Shown here: piece by piece, positions 49,618-59,680 of the stretch | Layout of the letters: each line of letters opens with the position of its first letter | Position numbering within the stretch: position 1 is the first letter of the stretch | Assembly (NCBI GenBank): GCA_965261735.1 | Contig: OZ253470.1 | Span: 3,040,001 to 3,104,000, forward strand | Origin: Alphaproteobacteria bacterium | Lineage (GTDB): Bacteria > Pseudomonadota > Alphaproteobacteria > SHVV01 | Direction: 5' to 3' | DNA: 64,000 bases | Notes under the pieces: generated by a model | What the model was told of the DNA's origin: nothing | The model's input: the letters and a program-made list of their open reading frames with translations, nothing else | The model's database searches: none | Position numbers and translations under genes: made by a program

Positions 49618-52104
49618 CAGGCTGCTGAAAAAGTCCTCGCCTTTGCAGTTGTGACATGATTCTGTGATTTCTTCGAGTGATGGAGGATGGCATGCGGGGT
49701 CGAGATCAAAGCAGTGGCAATTTATTCAGCTACGTAGACTTGGAAGAGCGTGTTCCGGATGATCATCCGCTGCGTCTGATCCGTGAGATCGTGAACGACG
49801 TATTGGGGTCTCTATCTTCGGAGTTCGAGACGCTTTATTCCCACATGGGTCGCCCATCGATCCCGCCGGAGAAGCTTCCTTGCCTATCCGGTTAACGCCC
49901 ATGACCGCTACATGTAGGGTGCCACCACTCTCCCGAGTAAAGCTCGGCATAGGTTGGAGCAGAGGTGTCGCCCGCGATGCCGAGCAATGAGCGGAAGGCG
50001 TTGAACGGGTAGAACCGCCTGTTGAAGCGGAAGGTGAACTCGTTGAGGTAGGCTTGTAGGTGCTGGTGGCTAACGCCGTGGTGGATACCGATCAGCCACG
50101 TCTTCAGGTTGGCGAAAACCAGATGGATGATCGGCAGGTATTGCTCGGCAACCTCTGGATCACCACACTCGGCAACAGCGAAGTGCTCATAGCCGCGCTT
50201 ACCGAGGCCAGCATAGCCGCTCCAATCGTCAGTAACGATCAGCGATCGCGGCGCGACGGTGCTCTCGACGAACCCACAGAGCGACTCGGCGCTACGGTCG
50301 AGCACGACGGCGAGCCGAACGCGTCCGGCATAGCGTCCGTCTTTCCGGTTGTCGAGCTTGGTGCCCGGCTTTCGATGACGCACCTCGATGGCACAGGAGA
50401 CGGGAACCTTGTGGTGAACACCACGGCCTTCCCCACGCGTTCGCCCGCCAACCCAGGTTTCGTCCACCTCAACATGGTTCTTGGGCTGTCCACCGATCCT
50501 GTCTTGGTTGGGCCGCACCATGCCCGAGCGGAGCTTGTGGAGAATTTGAAAGGCCGTCTCGTAGCGCGAAAGACCAAGTTGCCGCTGAAACTGCACGGCG
50601 GACATGCCGGGCGTCTGACTGGCGACCAGATAAGCGGCCCAGAACCAGACGTTCAGCGGAGTGTGGCTACGCTCCATCACTGTTCCCACCGTCAGCCCGG
50701 TGTTCTGGCGGCACTTGCGGCAGCGCAGGACGCCAGGGCGGTTTTCAAAGTGGAACGGCTCTCCCGCCGTGCCGCAGTGCGGGCAGGCAAAGCCGTCTCC
50801 CCAGCGGGCTTTCTCCAGGTAGGCGGCGCAGGCCGCATCATCGGGGAAAAGTCGCTGGAACTCGGGTAGCGAATGCGGGAATGGGAGATCGGCGCGGTCG
50901 AGAACATCCATGGCGCGCTCCCCTATATCCGGGTTGCGCCCATTCTAGCCCTAGTGAGTGTGGGTGTAAACCGGATAGGCAAGGAAGCTTCTTCGAGCGT
51001 TACTGTTGCAGGCGTTTTATTCGATCCGCTCGGAGCGTCAGCTGATGGAGCAGCTAAACTTCAACATGCTGTTTTGCTGGTTTGTGGGGCTTGGGCTGGA
51101 CGATGGCGTGTGGGACGCCAGCGCGTTCTGCCACAACCGGGACCGTCTTCTGGAGGCGGAGGTTTCGGGGCAGCTGCTTGCGGGGGTTATCCAGCACCAC
51201 AAGGTAGGGGGACTATTGAGCCGGGATCATTTTTCGGTAGACGGAACATTGATCGAGGCCTGGGCGTCGATGAAGAGCTTTCGTCCCAAAGGTGAGGACG
51301 ATGGCGACGGGGGATCGGGGCGCAACGCCGCGCGGGATTTTCATGGCGAGAAACGCTCGAACGCGACCCATGCAAGCACCACTGATCCGGACGCCCGGCT
51401 TTATCGCAAGGGTAATGGCCGGGAAAGCAAGCTGTGTTACATGGGCCATGCGCTGACGGAGAACCGCCATGGTCTGGCAGTCGGCGGCGGCGTGACCATT
51501 GCGTCGGGCACGGCGGAACGCGAAGCCGCCCTTGATCTGATCGACAGGCATCGCCCGGTGGAGAGTAGAGGCGGGCGGCGTCGGATCACGGTGGGCGGGG
51601 ACAAGGGTTTTGACGTCGCGGATTTTGTCGAGGAACTGCGGCACCGCAAGGTGACCCCCCATATCGCCGTCCAGGACCACGTCACCAAGACCGGCAAGCG
51701 GCGCAAGACCAAGATAGACGGGCGCACGACGCGCCATCCCGGTTACGGCGTCAGCCAACGTTGCCGCAAGCGCATCGAGGAGGTCTTCGGCTGGGTCAAG
51801 ACGAGCGCGGGATTGAGCAAGACCAAATTCCGGGGCCGCCACCGGGTCGACGCTTCGTTCACCCTGGCCTTGGCCGCCTACAACCTCGTCCGACTACCCA
51901 GACTGCTGGCGGAGGCGCCAACATGACGGGCGATGCCGGCACGCCGCTGACCGCAAAGTGGCAGATCATCGAACTGGACGAAGCCCAGGGCATCGGATCG
52001 GTCGAGATTGAAGACGGTTTCACCCTAAGACACGAAATCTCATTTCATTTCGGCGATGAATCCGAGTTCAAGGCCCGGCAATGATGACTTTTTCAGCAAG
52101 CCTG
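49618..52104 (+). mobile_element. IS5-family element; transposase (about 49692-51926) split by IS1595 copy 4
   Basis: IRs CAGGCTGCTGAAAAAGTC / GACTTTTTCAGCAAGCCTG; flanks CTAG/CTAA; GRPSIPPEKL|LRALLLQAFYSIRSERQL, VDGTLIEA and GDKG motifs. Confidence 0.9.
49879..50983 (-). mobile_element. IS1595-family element A, copy 4, intact; transposase 49892-50911
   Basis: Same IRs; perfect TSD GAAGCTTC (49871-49878, 50984-50991); 339-aa ORF. Confidence 0.95.
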
Positions 52105-52345
52105 CTAAGGCAAAACCGGCCCACCGGCGGCACCTCCGGCCAGGTCCGCTCCCCAAGGTGAAGCAGATGAAATCGGGGCAAAGCGGACGTGCGGCTTGGG
52201 GGTCGGCTTCGAGCTTCACATGGGGGAGCAGACCATCCCGCCGATCCAGCCGTTCGCCCGCTCGTGACTCCTAGCGGACATTGAGGTCGAAACGCGCTGA
52301 CTGGGTGAAACTCGCTGATCCCGCTCGACCTCAACAGTCGATCGC

Positions 52346-52909
52346 CTAATTTTTTACTTCGGCGGGCATCTCAAGTGCAATCGGTTTGGTGGCCGACACC
52401 TCTTCGCGGGTCAGGCCTTCAAGTTCGTGCGGAAAGACCAGCCAATCGTCGGTTGCGTGGATGTAGTAGTCGGGGACGAGATCGACCTTTCCCTTATTCG
52501 GCTTGTAGTAGACCGTGGCGACGCGAATGATCTCCGGCGCGTTGCGCCGCGAAAGCCCGCTGATGCGCTCCAGGACCGCCAATATGGAGCGGCCAGTATC
52601 GAACACGTCATCGACGATCAAGACGGAATTCTCGGCATTTACGTTCTCGACGATGTAGTGAAGGCCGTGGACTCGAATCTCGTCATTCTGCTGTTCGATG
52701 CCCGAGTACGACGAGGTGCGGATGGCGATATGATCCGATGGGTGCCCGTGGTAATTCAGCAGTTCCTGCACAGCAATACCAACCGGCGTGCCACCCCGCC
52801 AGATGCCGATGATGTAGTCGGGATAAAAGCCGTCCTCAATGATTTTCAGACCGAGGCGGAATGAGTCATCCAAAAGGCCCTGCGGCGTCACGAATGTCTT
52901 GTCGGCCAT
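52346..52909 (-). CDS. Type I phosphoribosyltransferase (purine PRT-like)
   Basis: IWRGG, VLIVDDVFDTGRS and WLVFPHE motifs. Confidence 0.88.
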   Translation of the reverse strand: MADKTFVTPQGLLDDSFRLGLKIIEDGFYPDYIIGIWRGGTPVGIAVQELLNYHGHPSDHIAIRTSSYSGIEQQNDEIRVHGLHYIVENVNAENSVLIVDDVFDTGRSILAVLERISGLSRRNAPEIIRVATVYYKPNKGKVDLVPDYYIHATDDWLVFPHELEGLTREEVSATKPIALEMPAEVKN

Positions 52910-53201
52910 CCCGTCCCTCCCGATAAGCCGGATCATGCGGCAGACGTTTAGCCTAAACCGCCTAACTATGCGATGCCGCGGAGGTCCCTCGGGCGCTGGT
53001 TCCGCCCGCGTGCCGAGGTTGTAAAGTGAGTTTCGAGACCAGCACGCGTGGGCGCGCGCGCCATAGGGTATTAGTCGAACCGTGATGCCAAGCGAACGGG
53101 CCACTGTGCCCGACGGCCGGTCAACTGTGACGGGTCACAAGACAGACGGAGAGCTGGGCAACAAATGCGGGTTCATCGTGTTGCACCAAGGTTCACGGTT
53201 A

Positions 53202-53230
53202 CGCTGGTTCGAGTCCAGCATCGCCCACCA
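53202..53230 (+). repeat. attR-like copy of the tRNA-Val 3' end
   Basis: CGCTGGTTCGAGTCCAGCATCGCCCACCA identical to 3587-3615. Confidence 0.9.
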
Positions 53231-53249
53231 TCCCTCTGGCACGCGACAT

Positions 53250-53615
53250 CCGGGTCGAAGCGGTCGCCGAGCAACCGGCCGAAGACGGTCGACGGCGCGT
53301 CGCGCTGTCCGGTGAACCCGGCGCCAACCAGTTCGTCGACCAGGAACGCCTGGCGCGCGCTGACGCCGGCATAGGCGAGCGCGCCGGTGGCGCCCTCTAC
53401 GCCGGCGTCGGCGCTGGCCGCGATGGCGAGTGTCGCCGCAATATTGACGGCGTCGCGCGACTACCGCGGCATGTAGCCCGCGAGCTTCCAGAGGGCGACC
53501 GCCGCCCCACCGTTCCCCACGTGCCGTGGGGGTGGCCGCCGGCGCGCATGCGCATGGCGCTGCCGAGCCGAGCCGCCGCCTCGTAGCCGAGAATGACGGC
53601 GAGCAGCGCGTCGCA
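53250..53615 (-). pseudogene. MmgE/PrpD family fragment
   Basis: LLAVILGYEAAARLG...HPHGTWGTVG ... AGFTG; frameshift and stop. Confidence 0.7.
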
Positions 53616-54162
53616 GTGCCGGCGCGATGACGTCACGCCAGCCGCTGATCGCGGCCTTGCCCGCTTGGTTGCTCCCAAGTGTCCAGAACAGCACCGCCGC
53701 CGCTGGTCGGTCCGGATGGCCGCGGTCACACAGCCGGTGCAGAACGTCATAGGATTCGAGCCCGAGGGCGGACGGTAGATCATCCCGACGGATGCTGCCT
53801 TTCGGACCAGGCCGAGCTGGATAGAACGGTCGCGTGAGAGAGATCTCGGTCTTGGTTGCAGCAGGATCGTAAAAGCAACTCCAGCGGCCCCTGCCAAATC
53901 TCTTTAGGCCAACTCGGAAATCGTAAATACCAGCCTTGGCGGCATAGGCCTGGGGCAAACCGATAGGGAAGTCCACGCCAAGAAACGCAGTACCGTTAGG
54001 CCCGGCTTCGGCGAGAAGCGCCGGGAATAGATCACTGAGTGTACCGACCGGACGCACCGCCGACGCCGTGTAGCGCTCACCCACTCGTCTGGCGATTGCG
54101 ATCTGGCGGCCTGATGGGTTCGCGCTCCAGTCGGCATGGGCGACGATTTCAGTCAAGCGCAT
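53616..54162 (-). pseudogene. DUF429-like predicted nuclease, 3'-truncated
   Basis: AHADWS, GVDFPIGLP, R.CDR and LFWTLG.NQ.GKAA; fused to the PrpD fragment. Confidence 0.6.
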
Positions 54163-54662
54163 GCATCAATCTCCAAAGAATGCCGCCGGCATGGCGACTC
54201 GGAAGCCGCGTCGGCCCTGGACTTTGCTCGCCTTCTTGCAATTTGGCGCGAAGGTTCGGCCCCGAACACCGCACGAAGACTTCTCCCTAGTTCCTTTGTG
54301 GAGATTCAGATTTCGATTCCGGACGAGGCTGCTGCCGCATCGTAGACGCGGCCCACGAAGCCGCAAGCGACGCGCAGGGGTTGTGGTTGCGCGGAACATA
54401 CCTTGGCGCTGGTGCCGTGAAGGCAACGGCAAGGTACTTGAATGCAAGTGAACGCTACGAATAACGTGATGACCGTACCGCATGAACCACAGTCGAACGC
54501 AGGACTTCCATTATGGCAAGCTTGCTTGCCGGCACCGACAGGCTGATTTGTTCAGCGTTGGGAATCCAACGCCGGGAACAGTTGAACCGGGATTCCCCAT
54601 ATGGAACCCTCCCAGCCCGTTGAGTGTGATTCGAAACCGCTCGACGTGCAATTCGCCTTCGA

Positions 54663-55013
54663 ATGCCCGACAACAGCCTCGCGGTCGACGCCGACTTCGT
54701 CGCGGCGGTGCTGATGGCGGGCGCCGATGAGGAGACGATCGACCAGACCCTCGCCGAGCTGGTACCGCAACCCTTCGGTTACTACACCCACCGCGTCGAT
54801 ACCCAGCCCTTCGCCCGCATGACCTGCCCGAGATACGTGCTGCTTGCGGCCGACGACGCGTCGCTGCCGCGCGCGGCTTGGCTCGCCATGGCGGGGAGTC
54901 TGGGCCAACACAAGGTGTTCGAGATTCCGGGTGGCCACGAGGTGCTGTACACCGATCCCGATTCGCTGGCGCGCGCCCTGGCCGCGATCGCGCACGACCT
55001 CGACGCGCGGTAG
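54663..55013 (+). pseudogene. C-terminal half of an alpha/beta hydrolase
   Basis: LVPQP, ADDASLP and PGGHE (Asp/His) present; GxSxG half absent. Confidence 0.6.
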
Positions 55014-55209
55014 CGGCTGGGGCGTTCGCGGGTGCCTACAGCAGCTTGAGCGTAGCGACCTCGAGTCCCACGACGGCGATCATGGTGAGGAGGGTGCGTG
55101 ACCTTAGCCAAGAGCTTCGGTGATCGCTGACGCATCGAGTCTGCCGAACTGCACAAACTGAATAGCAACACCACGGCGTAATCGTCGCTACCGTCAGGCG
55201 CGACGAGCC

Positions 55210-55380
55210 TCACTGCCGCGATCTGCGCCACCCCGCCGCCCGGGCTTCGGCTTCGGAGCAGAACCAGCGCTCGCCTTTTGAGGTGCTGATCCTGGTGCGG
55301 TCGTAGTAGCGCCCGCCGGGCACATGGTAGATGCGCACGCCGTCGCTGGAAATGTTCCCCTTGATGCGGCATCCGCCGCC
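55210..55380 (-). pseudogene. Small IKGN..YH.PG..YY..T...GERWFC domain fragment (seen on thermonuclease/cold-shock fusion proteins)
   Basis: GCRIKGNISSDGVRIYHVPGGRYYDRTRISTSKGERWFCSEAEARAAGWR. Confidence 0.6.
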
Positions 55381-56696
55381 GCGGTTCGCGGCGCGGGGGA
55401 TGGCGTGGCACGCCCCGATCTGAGCGGCTAGGGTCGAGTCAAGAATCGGCAAATTCAAACTTACCCACTACCGGCGCTCGTGTCCGGGTGCGTTACCCTG
55501 ATACATTTCTGATGGTATGGACGCCCCCTACGGCTTCACGATGAGCCATACTGGAGTGTGTTGAACAACCCAGACAGAGGGAGCGTCCACGATGGATATT
55601 ACGACAATTGGGTTTGATCTGGCAAAGACGGTGTTCCAGGTTCACGGTGCTGATGGTGAGGGACGACCGGTACTACGGCGGAAGCTGCGCCGCGGGAAGG
55701 TGCTGGCGTTCTTCGCCGGATTGCCATCCTGTCTTGTCGGTATGGAAGCCTGTGCCTCTGCGCACTATTGGGCTCGGGAACTGCAAGCACACGGGCACAA
55801 AGTTCAGCTGATTCCGCCTCAATACGTTCGTCCCTTCGTCAAAACGAATAAGAACGACGCAGCGGATGCGGAAGCGATCTGTGAGGCAGTGACGCGTCCG
55901 ACGATGCGCTTTGCACCGGCGAAAAGCGCCGAGCAGCAGTCGGTTCTGATGCTGCACCGGGCCCGAGAGCTGTTGGTCCGTCAACGCACGATGGTGATCA
56001 ATGCGCTGCGCGGCCACTGTGCGGAGTTCGGACTGATCGTCGCTCAGGGGGCGTCGAAGGTGGAGGAACTGGTTGCCATTATCGAAGATCCCGGCGATGT
56101 GCGACTGCCGCCTCTGGCACGCGAGGCGCTTGGCTCTCTGGTTGAGCAGCTCCGTTCTGCTCAGGCCCGGATCAAGCAGCTGGAAGTGACGCTTTTGGCA
56201 TGGCACCGCTCCAACGAGGCGAGCCGCCGTCTTGCGACGATCCCCGGCGTCGGTGTCATCACCGCGACGGCGCTGGTCGCGACGATCGGCGATGGCGCAC
56301 AGTTCCGCTCGGGCCGACAGCTTTCGGCCTGGCTCGGTCTGGTGCCCCGGCAGCACTCGAGTGGCGGCAAGGATAGACTGGGACGGATATCGAAGCGCGG
56401 GGATGGCTATATCAGGCGCTTGCTCGTGCATGGTGCGCGAACCGTGCTGCGCTGGCGCCGCGCCAAGCCGGGCACGGGGCCTGGCTGGACCGACCGGCTC
56501 CTGGCGCGGCGGCCGACAAACGTGGTGCTGGTCGCCATGGCCAATAAGACAGCCCGTGTCGCCTGGGCACTGCTTGTTGGTAGCGACCGTAAATTTCCCA
56601 TTTGTAACGACCCAAAATTTCTCACTTTGGGCTTGTCGCTGAAGGCGTCCCGGGCCGCTCTGTTGGCTTTGCCAACAGAGCGGGATCGGTGCGCGG

Positions 56697-57719
56697 ATGT
56701 ACAAATGGGAGACCAGGATGTTGTTGAAGCACTATCTGGACCGGGGTGTCTCGAAGGCGGAGCTGTCGAGGCGGTTCGGGGTGAACCGTCGGACGATCCA
56801 CAATTGGGTCGATACCGGCCAACTGGACCGGGATCTGGCGGCCGGTGCGCGAGGGTATTCGCCCCGTCCGCCGGTGGCCCACAAGCTGGACCCCTACAAG
56901 GCGATCATCGACGCCCGTCTTGAGGCGTTCCCGAAGCTGTCGGCGAAGCGGCTTTTCGATGAGGTCCGCGCTGCGGACTACCCGGGCTGCTACTCTCGCG
57001 TGAACGACTACGTGCGGGCGACGCGACCGCGCGAACCGGTTGAATCGCTGGTCCGGTTCGAGACGCCGGCGGGGCGTCAGGGCCAGGTGGACTTCGGTAC
57101 GTTCACGCTGCCCTGGGGCCGGCGCCATGCCCTGGTGATCGTCCTCGGCTTCACCCGGCTGCTGTGGCTGCACTTCTATACTCGGCAGACCATGCCGGTC
57201 CTGATGGAAGGTCTGGAGAGCGCCTTCGACCGGTTCGGCGGGGTTCCGGAGGAGCTGCTGTTCGACCAGATGCGCGCCGTGGTGCTGTCCGACGACCGCG
57301 GGGCCGGCGGCGGCCTGGTGCTGAACGAGGAGTTTCTGCGGTTCGCCGCGCACTGGGGGTTCATGCCGCGCTCGTGCCGACCCTATCGGGCCCAGACCAA
57401 GGGCAAAGTGGAGCGCCCGATCCGCTACATCCGCGAGAGCTTCTTCTACGGCCGCTCGTTTGCGAATGACAACGATCTCAACGAGCAGGCCGTGCGCTGG
57501 CTGGAGGGCACAGCCAACGTCCGCCGGCATGCCACGACCGGGGAGCGTCCTGTCGACCGCTTCGAGCGCGACGAGCGAGCGGTGCTTCTCCCCTTGGCGA
57601 ACCATCCCTATCGACGTCTCGGCGTCCGGCATGCTCCGGAGCCCGCGCCGCGGCGACTGCCGGCAACCGTGAAGGTCGAGCAGCGACCGCTTAGTGTCTA
57701 TGCGGAGGCGCTGCAATGA
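56697..57719 (+). CDS. istA: IS21 transposase IstA
   Basis: HTH, RFETPAGRQGQVDFG, LFDQM and TKGKVER motifs. Confidence 0.93.
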   Translation: MYKWETRMLLKHYLDRGVSKAELSRRFGVNRRTIHNWVDTGQLDRDLAAGARGYSPRPPVAHKLDPYKAIIDARLEAFPKLSAKRLFDEVRAADYPGCYSRVNDYVRATRPREPVESLVRFETPAGRQGQVDFGTFTLPWGRRHALVIVLGFTRLLWLHFYTRQTMPVLMEGLESAFDRFGGVPEELLFDQMRAVVLSDDRGAGGGLVLNEEFLRFAAHWGFMPRSCRPYRAQTKGKVERPIRYIRESFFYGRSFANDNDLNEQAVRWLEGTANVRRHATTGERPVDRFERDERAVLLPLANHPYRRLGVRHAPEPAPRRLPATVKVEQRPLSVYAEALQ

Positions 57720-58513
57720 ACGCTCCGGCGCCGGCCCGGCGCGACCGGCTGCGGGCAATGCTGGCGGACCTCAAGATGCCGGGCGCGCTGGAGGCCGTCG
57801 ACGGCATCCTCTCGGACGCCGACGGCGGCACGATCTCGGCGGCCGAGGCCATCGAGCAGTTGCTGAACGCCCAGATCGTGCTGCGCAACAACCGCCGTCT
57901 CCAGACCGCCATGCGCTCTTCGCGGCTGCCGGCTGTGAAGACGCTCGATCAGTTCGACTTCGCCTTCCAGCCCAGCATCAAGCGCGAGCAGATCGAGAGC
58001 TTGCACGAGCTCGGCTTCCTGGACCGCGGCGAGAACGTGATCCTGCTCGGCCCACCAGGCGTCGGGAAAACGCACTTGGCGATCAGCCTCGCGATCGCGG
58101 CGGCCGAGGCCGGCCGGCGCGTCTACTACGGCACGCTCGCGGCGCTGATCGAGTCCCTCACCGAGGCCAAGGCCGCCGGCAATCTGACCCGGCGGCTGCG
58201 CGTGCTCACCCATCCGGCCCTGCTGGTGGTCGACGAGATCGGCTACCTGCCGGTCAACCAGGACGGCGCCGTGCTCTTCTTCCAGCTCATCAACGCCCGG
58301 CACGAGAGGGCGTCGACTGTGCTGACGTCGAACAAGGGTTTCGAGGACTGGGGTGGCGTGCTCGGCGACGAGGTCATGGCGGCGGCTCTCATCGACCGCC
58401 TTGTGCACCACTGCCACATCGTCAACATCCGGGGCAACAGCTACCGGATGAAGGAGCATCAGAACCTGCTGCAGTCCGGCTCGGATCGACGCAGGAAAAG
58501 AGCCGCCGCGTGA
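57716..58513 (+). CDS. istB: IS21 helper ATPase IstB
   Basis: GPPGVGKTH, LLVVDEIGY, LTSN and DRLVHH motifs. Confidence 0.95.
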   Translation: MNAPAPARRDRLRAMLADLKMPGALEAVDGILSDADGGTISAAEAIEQLLNAQIVLRNNRRLQTAMRSSRLPAVKTLDQFDFAFQPSIKREQIESLHELGFLDRGENVILLGPPGVGKTHLAISLAIAAAEAGRRVYYGTLAALIESLTEAKAAGNLTRRLRVLTHPALLVVDEIGYLPVNQDGAVLFFQLINARHERASTVLTSNKGFEDWGGVLGDEVMAAALIDRLVHHCHIVNIRGNSYRMKEHQNLLQSGSDRRRKRAAA

Positions 58514-58551
58514 TCGCCGGCTCAAACGGAGACAGGAGCGGTGACACCCGC

Positions 58552-58622
58552 CCGCTGTGGATAACCGGGTTGTCGCCGCCAGACTCTTGGCGGTCGCTGC
58601 GCCAACCCGGTTACCTACAGCT
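58552..58622 (+). repeat. 71-bp structured element, copy 2 (IS21 right non-coding end)
   Basis: 59/71 identity to 6942-7012; contains TGTGGATAA. Confidence 0.8.
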
Positions 58623-58771
58623 CGACCAAGTCCGACACCCCAAACACCGCCCGCTGGGGGTACGACCGAACGCTCAAAGTGAGAAATTTTCGATCGACAA
58701 AAGTGGGAAATTTTCAGTCGCAATTGACACCGCTCAGGTACGAGCGTATCTACCGACCGACGCCGGCATAG

Positions 58772-58957
58772 CCAGCTGGCAAACCGGGATCAAATTGCGA
58801 GGGTGACGACGATTTGATGGCGAAACAGGGTTCCACCCGAGATCGGCCAAACCCGAGGCATTGTCCGAGCATCAAGCTCGTTAGTCTGACTGGGCGTCGA
58901 TCTTTCGGATTCCATCAGGGCCAGCGGTCAGCGTACCGCAGCGAAAAGGCCGGATAC
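58772..58957 (+). ncRNA. Putative IS1111 bridge/seekRNA region, possibly 3'-truncated
   Basis: Non-coding region directly after the IS110 transposase stop, containing GGATTCCATCAGGGCCAGCGG...CCGC...AGGCCGGATAC. Confidence 0.5.
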
Positions 58958-59620
58958 GCCAAAGGGCACCACCACTCACGCCCTCGTAGCTGCGAGGCGA
59001 AACAGAGCCCGGGCCATAGGTCACTTCAAAATCGAACAAGTCGAAACCGTTGGACTCACGGACCCCGACGACCAAACCAACACCAAACAATGCGCGGAAG
59101 GCTTTCACGCGAACCGGCGGTTGTTCTTCCGGGGGAAGGTCCGTCGTCCATTCGGCTACCATCCCTGAAACACCGTCAAAGCACTGTGAATCAGGTTGGT
59201 CCCCAGCAAGAACCGCCTTTCGTCTCATCCCAAGATTAAAAAAGACGTTGCGTGCTGTGAGAGCGCTCGCATCCCATGGCGACAGTCGCAGAAAGCCTAT
59301 GTCCGGCCCTTCAGGGCCAAAGTTGTCCGCTGCGACGATCACTTTTTCTGCCTGCGCCATGTCGATCATCGTCCTCTGAGCGACGACCGACTGCACCCTC
59401 GGAAATCGTACTAGGCCGACCTCGCCCTGGTCAGGCAGGTTTTTCAAGACGTGCGCTGCCGTAAGAATACCGTGGACTGATCCTACGGCTACCAATGTGC
59501 CGGAGCCTGCTGGATTTCCTCCGCGCCGCCGGAAGTTCTGACTATCGCGAAGCCAACGGTGAAGTCAGCGATGTCCGCGCACACCTCTTCGAGGACCGGA
59601 TCAATCTTGTTGTTTTCCAT
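58958..59620 (-). pseudogene. Trypsin-like serine protease, frameshifted and 3'-truncated
   Basis: GSGTLV, LTAAHV (His), PDIGFL (Asp) and GVSGG (Ser); ATG at 59620 is in another frame. Confidence 0.65.
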
Positions 59621-59680
59621 TCTAATAAATAACCTCGTCGGGCTACGTGTTGGCAGGCTCGAGCCGGCTGCGCTACGCCG

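Larger units (their letters stand above)
56575..58729 (+). mobile_element. IS21-family element
   Basis: TG...CA ends with repeated AAATTTC(C/T)CA boxes; flanks CTGCT / CCGCT (5-bp TSD, one mismatch). Confidence 0.92.
55510..58957 (+). mobile_element. IS110-family (IS1111-type) element interrupted by IS21; right end lost
   Basis: Transposase 55592-56574 plus 58735-58771 (GFDLAK, MEAC, KNDAADA, HSSGG); subterminal ATGGACGCCCCCT at 55517; long downstream non-coding region; boundaries approximate. Confidence 0.85.

Noticed and set aside
52110-52340. Intergenic segment with AGCGGAC motifs as an ncRNA or dispersed repeat
   Set aside because: No convincing fold or second copy in the window
55441-55472. 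AAACTTACCCACTACC as an isolated IS terminus
   Set aside because: Looks like an IS end, but no partner repeat or transposase is visible, so no family can be assigned
55592-56923. 443-aa IS110 transposase as a full-length protein
   Set aside because: The C-terminal part is read-through into the IS21 left end; the true tail is at 58735-58771
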